64,000 nucleotides of DNA, taken from assembly GCF_009914755.1 (NCBI RefSeq), contig NC_060928.1, one strand, 5' to 3'. Under the pieces are notes generated by a model that was given only the letters and a program-made list of their open reading frames with translations, did not search any database and was not told where the DNA came from. Source of the stretch: the human T2T-CHM13v2.0 reference genome, Homo sapiens. A program made the position numbers and the translations under genes. Below, one piece after another: positions 16,588 through 30,753 of the stretch (positions are counted from its first letter, which is position 1; every line of letters begins with the position of its first letter).

Positions 16588-17330
16588 ATTAGACTGGAAA
16601 AATTAGAAAGCTGAATAATGCCAACTGATGGCAGAGATGTGAGGATATGGGAAGCTTTAGTCACTCTGGAGGACAGTCTGGCACTTTTTGGATAAATTAA
16701 TTATAAAATGGATGATGACTCAGCAGTTCCATGCCTGGGTCCATATACCAAAGAGGTGCTTACAAATTCATGATGGGGCATCTAGGAGCACTGTCATTGC
16801 AGAATTGCGTATGTGCATATGTGTATGAGATGAGCGTGTATGCGTGTATGTGCATACGTGTGGATGTGTGTGCAAGTGTGTATATGTGAGTGTGAGCATG
16901 TGGGAGCATGCACGTGTGTGTGTGTGTGATGGCAGGTTCTTCTAGGCAATCCAGACATGTAGTATTGAGGGAGTAAATGCACGCTGTGAATTATGTACAG
17001 GAATTAAGTGTAAGAGATTACATGGATTCACAGCAACCTGGATGTATATTATATACATAATATTTTGTTAAACTAAGAAATGAAAAAATCAAAACCAATA
17101 CATTTGCATAAACTTAAAAATACTGACATTTGAGGTATATATTTTATAAAACTACACAAATAAAATTATACTCACTAAACAGAATGAGTGATTGCTTATA
17201 ATGGAAGTGGAGATGGGAGTGTGTGAGGAGCTAAAAGGTAATAAATAAATACCTAAAATCAGAGAAGGGTTTTGTTTGGACCAATGATGGTAATGGGGCA
17301 TGAACTGAGAAGTGCAGTATAATTACTTCA
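16588..17330 (+). mobile_element. Old L1M(E)-type 3' fragment containing a degenerate (GT)-rich tract
   Basis: L1 ORF2-end-like motifs (tggcagagatgtgagg; atgactcagcagttccatgcctgggt); (TG/TA)n at ~16808-16928. Confidence 0.5.
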
Positions 17331-17425
17331 ACTGTCTGCTCCCGACATCCAAGAAAAAAAGTATTATAACAAAGGGAAAGTTTTCCAGAAATGCTGTAGA
17401 AGCACTTGGAGTAAGCACATGTACA

Positions 17426-17479
17426 GAGAAAGAAAGAAAGAAAGAAAGAAGGAAAGAAAGAAAGAAAGAAAGAAAGAAA

Positions 17480-17515
<36 letters not shown>

Positions 17516-17605
17516 GAGCGAGGGAGGGAGGGAGGGAGGACACAGAGGGAGAAAGAAGAAAGAAAGAAAGAGAAAGAGAGAGAGGAAAAGAGAAAAAGAA
17601 TAAAA
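17426..17605. repeat. (GAAA)n/(GGGA)n polypurine tract
   Basis: About 180 nt that are almost all purine on the + strand. Confidence 0.97.
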
Positions 17606-17609
17606 TAAC

Positions 17610-18000
17610 TGTCATGTAGGAGCATCCCAGAGGAAATGAGATTTGAAATGTGTTTTGTGCTGTTGAGTAAGAGTTGGCCAGGCCAGGTGGTAGAGAGGGA
17701 AAGTTAACTAGAAACAGAAATACTCAAGTATATTCTGAACAATAGGAGTTGCAAATTCAATGGCATGAACTCAAGAATGTGTGCCTTCTACTTGGAATCA
17801 AACATAGTTCAATATGACAAGAGTATGTACTTCAAAGTGAAGATATGGTAAGATGAAGGGACAGAAAGGCAGACAGGACCGAGATCATGCAGGGCCTCAT
17901 ATTCTGTGCTTCCATGTTTGAATGGGATTCTGAAGACTATAGGAAGGATTTCCAACTAGAGTGTGATTTTGTATTTTTACCATTCTGTCTCTAATTTTGG
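17610..18000 (-). mobile_element. L2 fragment
   Basis: cccagaggaaatgagatttgaa; aggcagacaggaccgagatcatgcagggcct. Confidence 0.5.
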
Positions 18001-21000
18001 ACATAGTTATATTTAATGCCAGTTCAAGTTTTATTTTTTCTGAGAAGTCTTTCCTTAGTTCAATTCCTAAATGAATTGGATATAATCTCTTCTTATAAAT
18101 CTCTGTAGCATTTAATACTCTTTTTTTAATAGCAGTTAGTGTACTCACAATTATGTGTCCTCTTCTTATCTGCCTTTTGTCACTTAGAAAAATAGACCAT
18201 ACATTGATAGATTACAGAAAATACCAAATCATCCGTTGTTCAGTATGGCTCAGATGGGAAATGCTTTAAACTCGGGAGAGAACATTTTACTTAAGTATGA
18301 TGGTTCAGATTTAGGCAACACATGACACAGGACATATAGCGGGGTTTTCTTCAAATATGTTACCAAAGAAGGCAATCACAGTGCGGATCAGAGGGGCAGA
18401 GAGTAAAACTGAAGGAGGATATTATCCTCAAAAAGTGACTTTTGATTCAGAGAGATACTTCCAGCCTTCCGAGAGTTATCTTAGGGCTAGTAACCATAGT
18501 CACCATCGCTTGAATTTTTATTTTATCATAATAGTTCAAATAATGTGGGTCATAAAAACGTATCAACTACCAAATAAGGTTGTCAGCTACAACTTCAAAA
18601 AAAAAGTTTGAATTTAGTTCTGGATAGATGATACAACCCTTCAAAAATATGGAATGTACATTCCAGGTATATACCACATTGTTGAGTTATTTGAAATATA
18701 AGGTTAATACTTGTGATTAAAGTATTAAAGGAAAGCTTTCCTTCTTTGTTTGAATTTCACTGGTTAGTTACATATTATAAAAATCCCTAAATCTGTAACT
18801 GTAAAGCATATTTCTGCTGAAGGCTTTTATAAATAAAATTAATGTTTGGTAAGTCAATTTCTCAGTTGAATCTTTCCCTGCCAGCTCAACCACAGAATTA
18901 GAAATAAACATGAATTTCATCTCAAAGTTTTCCAAAAGATTTTTGTTAGTGCAGTAGTGATTCCCAAATGATTTGGCAACAGGCCAATGACAATGTTTAT
19001 TAGTTATCTCCCCATGTCCCCAAATTCCCACTGCCTCTTCCTGCCCCACCTCTTTCTCCTCTAAACCTCCTTATCAGCTAGGAATTATCGTAAGTTTTCA
19101 GTGACTTTCTGTTTAATATATTTGTAAATAAGCTTTGGGGTAGTTATAATGATGTAAACTTCTTCAAAAATCTGTATTTGGTCATATATTCCTAGCAATG
19201 ATATGTTTCTGTGCAAGTATTTGAGGGAGTCCAGCCCCTCTTCCCTATATTCTATTTCAGTACAAAGGCAGCGTGCCAGATTTAGTCCTAGCAAAGTGGA
19301 GGGCTGCCCAAGCGTTTGCTTCATTTGAAACATTCTGGTAGTCAAATGTTTACACAGAGTCCCCAAATCCTCTGTCTTGAATCCATCATATTATTTCCAA
19401 CTTACTGTCTATTTATGAAAACTTCTAGTTTGGATGCTGGTTTCCAAGGGGGAAGCAGTGAAAGTGTCACTATTGGTCACTGTTAAAACAAGATTAGCCA
19501 ATACACTGGAATTTGTACAAACAGAAGAAATCTTACCCATTCTAAAGCATTCTTGTTTCTTCACAAATTTATCTCCGAAATATCCTGAAACGCACTGCTT
19601 TTTAAAATTAGTTCTTGGAATGTTATTGTGAAAGTTTCCTGAAGTTGCGGCTGATAAGCCTTACTTGGAACTATGTTAAATAATATTAAAAGAAAGACAA
19701 ATTCGCCATTTAGAAATCTACAACAGAGATGTTAAAATAATTAAAAACTTACATGAATGTAAAGAATCACACTTTAATTAATAACCTATTGATTCAAATG
19801 TAATTATCAATACTAGGAAGCCAATGTTCAAAGGCATTCCATAGACAGGGATTTATTACATGGAAGAAAGTACCCTGTGTTTTATATATATAACATATTC
19901 TGTCATACTGTGGGTAAGTAGAATAGACAATTTGTAAGCATGTTATGTGCCAACTAAAGATATATAGATTAACTGCAAGTGTCTGTTGAGATTTTTGAGC
20001 TGATTTAAGCAGTGTTGCTACATGAGAGATTTATAGACTAAGGAAAATTCTACTCGGAGGACAGAAGATTATGCCTAACTGCATTATACTTATTTTAGTT
20101 ACACACACATTGTAAAACAGCAGTGAGAATACCAGCATATATGTGCACACATTAAATTACATGTTGTTCATATTATAGTTCATTGTGGTGTTGTTTCCTT
20201 TAGTTGCCAACAAGGTTTGCTAATCAAGTAGTTTACAGATCGCTACTAAGTAAGAACAAAGTGTCACTAAGAGATACTGTCTCTCTAATGAAAAGCCATT
20301 TGTCTGCACACAGGAAATAATAACCAGGGTTTTATAATTGTATACTTTCTTTGAAAATGCTATTCAAACATGCTGATGGACTTAATGAATTTGCAAGTTA
20401 TTTTTTAAAATTGCACTTAGGTTTATAAGATAAACTCAGCATCTCTTTATCTTGAGTGATCTTCTAAGTGCAATCATTTGATCCTCTTTCACTCATGCTT
20501 TTTTAATAATCCTACAGTACTTTGCATATGTTTTCACTGCAGTATATTAGACTTCATAATTTTTTAAAAAATAAATCTGCCCCTAAATTGGATAACTGAG
20601 CTGTTACAGGAAACTATAAACTCTATAAACTCACCTCTTTATTTTCAATTTAGCCAAGGATCTGGTACTGTAGAATCTGATACACATTTCATAAATGTTT
20701 AATATAGATTCCCTTGCAGAGTACAACTACTTCCTTCTGCACATATAGTGAGAAAAACTTCATTAATTGCTTCACTGATTTAGATTCGATATTCTCTCAA
20801 CCATTAATTTGTCTGAAAGAGGGTAAATACATAAGGGAAATACTGATACCAGTTTGACCTGCTTTTTCTTGAACTTTCTAATAAATTTCACTTTCAAAGT
20901 TTAGACAGAGCAGGTCCTTGAAGGAATAGTTTTGCGGTCATTGAGTATTAGACCAAAGAAATATTACATTTTCTGTAGAACTTGCTTCACTGATGACCTT

Positions 21001-21199
21001 AAGACAGCATGTAATTATTCTTGGTTTCTTCAATAAGCATGAAGCTCACAATCCGTATAGCCTGCTGTTCTTTAGGCATTTTAACAGACATTTTCATAAA
21101 TAAGTTTCGTTTTTTTTTTTTTTTTTTTTTTTTTTGCTTTCTAAAAAGAATAACTTGGCACTTTTAAAAATAACATTTTCAGTGCCTTCCCTTGAAGAT

Positions 21200-21276
21200 T
21201 TTTTTAGGGGCCCAGAAATGCGGATTTTTACAAGCCCCATAAGGGATTCTTATTTTAGTCAAGTTTAATAAATCCA
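21200..21276 (+). mobile_element. MER5-like hAT-Charlie MITE end
   Basis: ggggcccagaaatgcggatttttacaagcccc...gattct...caagttt resembles the MER5A terminus. Confidence 0.45.
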
Positions 21277-21287
21277 AGACAAATTAG

Positions 21288-21299
21288 TTTAAAACTCCA

Positions 21300-21349
<50 letters not shown>

Positions 21350-21358
21350 TCTCAATTT

Positions 21359-21396
<38 letters not shown>

Positions 21397-21402
21397 TTTT
21401 AA
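21288..21402. repeat. Two (CT)n microsatellites, each headed by tttaaaactc
   Basis: Seen directly in the sequence. Confidence 0.95.
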
Positions 21403-22742
21403 AGTGGAACTACTTAGTGGGTAATTGGCATCTACTTGTGGGGAAGAGAGGGAGGGAAGGAGGATGGGGAGACCGAGAGAGAGATTTTCAGAATACCCAG
21501 TATTAAGGGGGGCAAAAGAAAACACTTAAGCATGAGCACAGTGGGTGATCTGCTGTAGTGTGGTGTAACATTTTTGCAGGATGTGTATATAAAATGTATA
21601 TAAAAATTAGACCTCTTAAAATGGTACATATATTTTGACCCTTCAATTTCTCTTGTATACATTTATTCTCAGGTAGTTGTTGTGAAATTACGTTAAGATT
21701 TATCTGTAAGGAGGCACCCTGGCATGCTTTTTTAAAAAAAATTAGTGAAACATTGAAAACAAAGTAAATGTCAAAGAATTTGACCGAAGGAAATATAATT
21801 CCAGGTTTCTCTTTCCTGATCCAGGAATAGGGTATGCTCTATACCCTCTTAGCACTGTGCTCTTCTTAGTACTCAGCACACTTGTTAATATTCCTTTGTT
21901 AATACTGAGAAGTCATTACATATAAAGCCTATAATGACAGAGACTGGGTCATTATATCTGCAATACTTAGAATAGAATTTGGGAATTACGCAACTCTAAA
22001 ACAATATCTGCTGAATATATGAACAAATGAATGAAGAGGAACTAGGCTGCCAAAAAACACTATAGAAAGATATTTATTATCTCAAAAGTTAATAATGTTT
22101 TCAGTTGTTTAAAAACAATTATAAAAAATTATTTACATTATGTTTCTGCCTTAGAAAAAAATATATATACATAAAAATTCAGAAGTTTAATTACCAAAGG
22201 ATAACACTGATTACATCATACGCTTGTACTTACTGTTAATTTTTGTGACTTTTCCCCAAAATTTTGTTTATCTATAATTTTTAAAGTGTCTCTAAAAGAA
22301 TGTATTGTCTTTGTAATAAAAAAAATTATAACATTTTAATACTGCTGCCTGAAATGAATAATTTAAAGAAAGTCATGCCAGGCCCCAGGACTTGGAAGAC
22401 TTGAGGCAAGTAACAGGGGTTTGAAATTTGATAAGAGTGGGCAGGGCTAGAGGGTGGGAAAGAAGAATGCCATGTGGAAAATATTTGTACAATAGGATAG
22501 CCAAGTAAGAAATGGACTTGACAACTGGATACGAGAGGACACAATTTCAGCTTCCTACTCTGAGCTACGTAGTGTGTAAGAGAATATATTTTTGATTCAT
22601 TTGATTAAAGTAATTTCTTTAAAGTTGTAATAACACAGAAACATACACATTTACACTGACCTGTGAATGTGTATATTGGAGCTTCCTATCAATTTTCCTT
22701 TAAGATGTTCCATCAAGGATATGTGATCATAAAAGATTTGAG

Positions 22743-23227
22743 TGTTACGTTAAGTTCCTACAGAAGCAGAGCCCGAATCAAAGGTTTTTGTGTTGTGATT
22801 TATTAAGGATGTGATCCTGGGGAGTGGGAGTATGAGATAACGGAGGGAATCAGGAAAGGGAAGGCAGCCAATAAAGGGATATATAGAGTTGACATCACTA
22901 TGGACAACTGGTGCCCAATGTCATAGGATGTACTGCAGAGACTTAGGAAGTATAGCTCAAAAATAAACGTCCACCCGTTGGTTCCTTCTCCCACTGGCAA
23001 ACAGTTGTTGACATGTGCATTAATTCTCTTACACTCTAGACTTGTACATCCACGAGTGAGCACCCAGTTCATACCAAGGTGTCCAAGAAGCTCTAGTCAG
23101 AAAGCAAGAGGCATGTGTTGTAGTCTTGGGGTTGCTGTTTGAAGCTCGTGGAAGTTTGTGTGGAACTGGTTGCTGCAGAAGGGCCCGTAATAAAAGTTGA
23201 GGCTATAAAGATTTGATGTGGCCTACA
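22743..23227 (-). mobile_element. Old ERVL LTR (LTR16/LTR33-like)
   Basis: ttcctacagaagcagagcccga...tttattaaggatgtgatcctgggg...gggaaggcagccaataaaggg; tg...ca ends. Confidence 0.5.
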
Positions 23228-23419
23228 AGGTTCCTAATTTGCAAGGGCCTAGCCACATGAACTGAAATTACTCAATAATTCTAGGCTTCTGCTTCCATAC
23301 CACCACCCATCACACATCCATATATTTAGCTGGGCTGCTTAGACACATAGTCATGCAAAACAATTAGGGGCACAATTAGCACAAAAGAAGCTTTTGAGTG
23401 AATTATAAAAGTTGGTCCT

Positions 23420-23725
<306 letters not shown>

Positions 23726-23772
23726 AAAAGTTGGTCCTGCCCAGTGGATGAATTATAGAAAGGTGTCTTTTT

Positions 23773-24203
23773 ACATGGAACCAACCCAAATGCCCATCAA
23801 TGATTGATTGAATAAAGAAAATGTGATACATATACACCATGGAATACTAGGCAGCCATAAAAAGAATGAGATTATGTCCTTCGCAGGGACATGGATTAAG
23901 CTGGAAGCCATCATCCTCAGCAAACTAACACAGGAAATCACATGTTCTCACTCATAAGTGGGAATTGAACAATGAGAACACCTGGACACAGGGAGGGGAG
24001 CAACACACACTGGGTCCAGTCGGGGGGTGAGGGGCAAGGGGAGGGAGAGCATTAAGACAAATAGCTAATGCATGTGGGGCTTAAATCCTAGATGATGGGT
24101 TGATAGGTGCAGCAAACCACCATGGCACATGTATACCTATGTAACGAACCTACATGTTCTGCCACTTGTATCCCGGAATTTAAAGTATTAAAAAAAAAAA
24201 AAG
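23773..24203 (+). mobile_element. 5'-truncated L1PA 3' end (roughly L1PA10-13)
   Basis: ORF2 end plus 3'UTR with G-rich tract and poly-A; TSD aggtgtcttttt (23761-23772, 24204-24215). Confidence 0.92.
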
Positions 24204-24429
24204 AGGTGTCTTTTTTCTTAGGCACCTTAGTCGCATTCCAGGCAGTAAGTTTGTGTACTGCTCAACCAAATGCAGAAGCCCTCTAAAAACACAATTAATA
24301 TATTTTAAAAAATAGAGTATTAAACTAATCAAATGATGTGAAAGGAAAAATATCTAGATTGAAATTTCTATTTCCTATTTATGAGTGCATAAATTACATA
24401 GATTCAAATCCTATTAATGTGAATTATAG

Positions 24430-24755
<326 letters not shown>

Positions 24756-25193
24756 TCTTGCAGCTTTTAAATTATGTTGTTTTAAAATTTGTTTGTATCC
24801 ATTAGTCTATTTCTTTCACCAGATTATAATGAACTAATCAAAGTCATCTTACTCTTTGAATTTAAGTTATGAAATGTGAGTTTCTGTCTTAAACTTAGTG
24901 TCACCCAGGTACTTCTGGTTCAATTTCAGAGAAAACTTTCTAGAAGAGGATAGAGCCATGTTTTAATTAATTGGGTACAAGCAGCCTCTACATTCTTAAA
25001 AGGTTTGATTTTGTGTGTGTGGGTGTGTGCATATCTGTATTCAGAAACATATGTTATCAATGGTTTCATCAAAATATATGCCTATATATTTTGAAAATTC
25101 ATTATTTTGAATGTTGAACTCAGTTAGAAAGCATATTAATAAATAAGCCAGAATATTTGGGACTCAACTTAAAGGTTCATATCATCATTTGAA

Positions 25194-25740
25194 AATATGA
25201 TTCTCTTTTCAGTATGTATACACATACATATATATTTACACACATATCAATATATAGTTATACATATATAAACACAAAATATACACACATATATAGATAC
25301 AGATAAAATAGGTATATACACACTATATATAAATATATATCATATTCTAAAATTATGAATTTTGAAATATATATCATATTTTGAAATATATATCATATTC
25401 TAAATTATGAAAAGAGAATATGATTCTCTTTTCAGTAGCTGTCACTGTAGGCAAAAATGCCCATTATTCTGCTAAATATCTAAGTGATGCTTGCTACTAT
25501 TAACTGAATGTATATACTAGCATCAAAATTTTAAAATATCCCTTTACTTACTTATCTCCTCTCTTTCTTTCTCTCTCTCTACAAATACACATACGTATAT
25601 ATACATACACATATTGATATATAGTTATACATATATAAACATGCAATATACATACATATAAATTGATGTAGATACAGTAATAGATATATACACTATATAT
25701 ATAAATATAGCTATACACATACACATATATGTATTTAAGT
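25194..25740. repeat. Complex TA/CA-rich region with local direct and inverted duplications
   Basis: 21-bp direct repeat, ~120-bp dispersed duplicate and a 12-bp perfect hairpin (see findings). Confidence 0.85.
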
Positions 25741-26119
25741 AGTTATCTACTAGCACACACTTTAGACAAGCATTAACTCCACTAATGACTTCATGGAAGA
25801 TTTGACTTTATTGTTTGAGTGTTAACATTAGTGATCCCTCTAGATATTACCATCTCTATGCATTACCTATGGTCAGGGCCCAATTAAAACTCAGATATCA
25901 GCTGCTGATACAATACAGCTACATAAGTATATAGTGGGATTAACAGGAAGAGTTCTCCAAGTTCATCATATGTGAGAAAAAATAAGTAATTTAATTCCAG
26001 GGGCTATTAAATCACTGTGTGTCTGTGTGCACATGTGTGTGCATGTGTGTTTGTTCATTCTAGGTATTACTACTAGATAGGATTATCTTAAGAGTATTGG
26101 AAAGTAATCTTTCCAATCT

Positions 26120-26459
26120 TGAAATATTTAATATATAATATAGTTATAGTATGTAAGTATGTAACAAATAATATAAATATTATATTATATAGGACAATTT
26201 AATATATGATATATTTATATTATATAAACATTTAATATACAAAATAAATATTATATAATAGATTAAAAATCATATTATATATTAAATATTAACATTATAC
26301 AAAATATTAAATATATTGAATATTAAATATTGAATACAAATATATAAAATATAAATATTTTATTATATGTTTATATATCTATATTATAATATATAAATAA
26401 TATTATTTATAAATCATTAAAATATATAAAACTCACAAATATACTAAACCATACACCCA

Positions 26460-26490
<31 letters not shown>

Positions 26491-26492
26491 AA
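26120..26492. repeat. AT-rich low-complexity tract ending in (TA)n
   Basis: Almost exclusively A/T; about 11 pure TA units at ~26467-26490. Confidence 0.93.
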
Positions 26493-26789
26493 AGAGTTTC
26501 TTAATTTTTAAAAATATTTACTAGCAGTTTCCATTTACTTCTTGGCAATAGAAACTTAATTGGCCTGGATATTTTAAGTTAAAATTTTGTGAGATAATAT
26601 TCCTGTGCATCCTTATCTATGAAGGGGTTGGACTGATACAGGTCAAGACGTCTTTCAGCTCTACTCTTTTTCATGTTTATTTGGTTCAAATACACACCTA
26701 AATTTGGGAATAGTAAGGAATAAGGAAACATATTTCAATCACTCTCTTCTGCTCCATTTCCCTCTGACATCATGCCCTTGCTCTGCTAC

Positions 26790-27022
26790 TACTACTAGTA
26801 ATAGCAATTATCAACTGAGTGCTCAATGTGTGCAAGCTTTGACTAAGCCCTTGCTTTCATCAACTCATTTGCTAGCCCAGTGACCCTCTGAGATCCTTTA
26901 GTGCTATTACAAACCTAAGTAAACTGAAGCACAGTTAGGCAACCCTCGAAGTTTGCACAGCTGTGTTAGAGCAGGGCTAGAGGTTGGCATTGCCTTCTGG
27001 AGCTCCTGCTCTTAACTATTCA
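26790..27022 (-). mobile_element. MIR fragment
   Basis: actgagtgctcaatgtgtgcaag; aagtaaactgaagcacagttaggcaacc. Confidence 0.55.
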
Positions 27023-27359
27023 CTGGTGGGCCCTTTGCCAGTGGGCTGCAGAGGCAAGTGGGCTATTGCTTTGGGCAGCCAGATAAGGAGCTGCTGCCCC
27101 TCCTTCCATCTTAGGCAATTTCAGTCTGAGGTCCCTAACTTTGCCACACTACCACACGTGGCTACCTGTTGACAAAAGCAAATGTAACAAGAGGTTAAAA
27201 AGCCAAGGCGAGGCCTCTGAGACTGTTCCTGCTGTCATAGTTATGAACCCAGTTGCTCCGGGGCTATGGATTGGCCTATAGGTAATCCTGTACCCAAGGA
27301 GGGAAAGACACAAATGGGCACAGGAGCCACATATTTACAATTTTTCTCCAGGTTTCTGC

Positions 27360-27590
27360 TCCACTGCTTTTGAGACTTATTAGTAGGTTTTAAAATGAAG
27401 TTAGAGGTTTGCAACTAGCATTAAAAAATAGAATAGAATTAAAAATTCTAGAGTTCATCATGAACAGTGGAGATAGTACTATTTCTTGAAATGAGTGTTT
27501 CAGTTGTGTATTTACCAGGTCATCATTTTATAAAAAGATATTCTCACTGAATAATCAATAATTCTCATTGAATAGTTTGGAAAGTATCTA
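27360..27590. mobile_element. hAT-Charlie-like non-autonomous DNA transposon remnant
   Basis: actagcattaaaaaatagaatagaa...tgtttcagttg...agtttggaaag resembles Charlie-type MER elements; family not determined. Confidence 0.35.
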
Positions 27591-28019
27591 TGTTAAAATG
27601 AAAGGGGGAAAATGTGTGAGTATCAAGCTTAGTATGTTTGTTTTGCAATGAGTGATCAGCAATGTTCTATTTACATACCATGATACTTTAAATATGAATA
27701 ATAATGCCCTCTCCAGATTTAAATTCTTGCTCAAGTGATGTCATTTCAACAATCTTGGTCAAAAGAAAGCAAAACATCATTATTCTCCTACCAAGTGGAC
27801 TTGGAAGATCTAAAAATCCCACTCTCCTTCTAAACCATTTTGTCTTAAAGAAAGATTCTTTATTGTTCAGGCATTTTTCTCTTTTAATTTTAGTTTTGTT
27901 GAGTTGTTTTTCTGTGAACCTGAGTAATTTTCTTAACAGTTCCCAAGCTCAGCTTCCTAATCTATAAAAAGGAGTCAACAGCAATCACCTTCCCCCCTCC
28001 ACCTCTGTCACCCAGCTCC

Positions 28020-28955
<936 letters not shown>

Positions 28956-29162
28956 GAGAATTTAAACCCCTTACAATCTTGACATGTGGATTAAATAAAA
29001 TAATTTATGAAAAGTATAATAACAATTGGCACAAAATTATCACTCAGTAAATGACAGCTGTTTTTATTGTTGAAGCTAAATTTTCTTTTCCCATGAAGTA
29101 TGTAGAGTTATCATCAGGATAAAACATATAAGACATTTTTTTTCCTTTATCAGTGAGAATGC

Positions 29163-29622
29163 TGTGATAATTAATTTCATATGTCAACTTGTCTGAGCCA
29201 TGATGCCCAGATATTTGATCGAATACTATTCTGAGTGCTTATCTGATGTTGTTTTGGATGAGATTTACATTTTCATTGGTGGGACTTTGAATAAAGAAGA
29301 TTGACCTCCATAATGTGTGTGGGCCTTATCCAGTTGAAAGCCTGTAAGTAAAAGGCTGACCTTCTGCTATCAAGAGGGAATTCTTCCCCAAATGACCTTC
29401 AGAGTGCATCTGTAATATCAGTTCTTTCTGTTTCTCCAGCAGATTGCTTTTCAACTCAAACTTCACTCTTTCCTGAGTCTCCAGCCTGCCAGACTCCCAC
29501 ATCAGATTTGGGACTTGTCAAGTCCCCGTAATCATATGAATCAATTTCTTAAAATAAATGTCTTGTACTCATACACACACACTCTATTTGTTCTGTTTCT
29601 CTGTAGAACATTGACAAATACA
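29163..29622 (+). mobile_element. MLT2 (MLT2C/D-like) ERVL solo LTR
   Basis: tgtgataattaatttcatatgtcaacttg...ttctgtttctctgtagaacattgacaaataca. Confidence 0.8.
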
Positions 29623-30015
29623 GTTTCTTTCAGCTGCAAACATGTTCTACCAGCTAGACTCTATTATGTCTATTGTCACAAAAAGCTAAAACATTGGGGA
29701 TTTATTTTTTCACATCAATGTGTTTGCTTATAAGCAGTTTGGTACTGGCAGAACTGTGGCTTTGCATCTCTCCTCGTCTTTGGTCTTCCCTTTAAAGACA
29801 CAGTATGGTGGCTGCACTTTCAAACAATTGGATTATCATGTAGTCACATCAAAGAAAGGAAAGAACAAATGATGGATCTCCTCTAATGGTTTTCCCATTT
29901 ATCAAGGAGGAAAATCTTTTCCTGAAGCCTCCCACATTACTTCTCATGTGTCTTTCTGACTTGAATGGATTTACTTTTCCATACCTTATTGCAAGGGAAG
30001 CTGGGAAAATGTTAT
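29623..30015 (-). mobile_element. Very old MLT1 (K/L/M-type) LTR
   Basis: tttcagctgcaaac...tttcctgaagcctccc...tgcaagggaagctgggaaa. Confidence 0.45.
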
Positions 30016-30141
30016 GATAGAAAAAAGGAATGATGGGGAAATAGCTGTTGTTAGACAACTATGTCATAGGCCATGTGTCATAAGAAAATATGGAAACAAT
30101 ATAATGGAAATACGATAGGATTCTAAATGAGTCACACCTGG

Positions 30142-30753
30142 TACATAAGATTTCTGTTGCTGCATAGCAAATTGCCACAAATTCAGTGGCTTTAAATAAC
30201 AGACATTTATTATCTCACAGTTACTGTGGGTCAGAAATCTGAGCACAGCTTAGCTAGGTCCATGAATCAGGGTGTTAGGAAGCTAAAATCAAGCTGTGGA
30301 CCAGGATGACAATCTCATTTTGAGCTCCAGGTCCTCTTCTAACTCCCTTGTTGCTGGCAGATTTCTGTTTTTTGTGGTTGTAGGATTGAAGTTCTCTGTC
30401 ATATGGCCCTCTCTACACGTGCATTTTGCTCTTTCAGACAAAAAAGAGAGCACCTGCTGCTGCTGCTTCTGCTCTTACTTCTAGACGGGTGTTTAAAGGC
30501 CTTTCATGATTAGGTCAGCTCTATCCAAGATTCCCTGTGATTAATTTAAAGTCAACTGATTTAGGGATCCTAATTGTATCTGCCCAACTTCTTCATCTTT
30601 TCCATAGGACATAATCACAGCAGTGATGTCCTACAACTGATAACCACATTCTAGTGGTGAAATTCCAGTTACAGGTCCTTCTCACATGAAAGGGGAGGGA
30701 ATTGTACAAGCATGTGGATCATTGGGGATCATCTTAGAATTTTCCCTATCATA
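30142..30753 (-). mobile_element. MLT1E-type MaLR solo LTR
   Basis: gctgcatagcaaattgccacaaattcagtggcttt...catcttagaatt; 5-bp TSD cctgg (30137-30141, 30754-30758). Confidence 0.8.

Noticed and set aside
17312-17625. K/E/R-rich and F/L/S-rich ORFs
   Set aside because: They are translations of the (GAAA)n repeat.
18357-18611. 84-aa ORF with protein-like composition
   Set aside because: No recognisable homology, splice sites or pseudogene hallmarks.
25194-25437. Direct repeats with a spacer, considered as a CRISPR-like array
   Set aside because: Only two copies, low-complexity spacer, human DNA and no cas genes.
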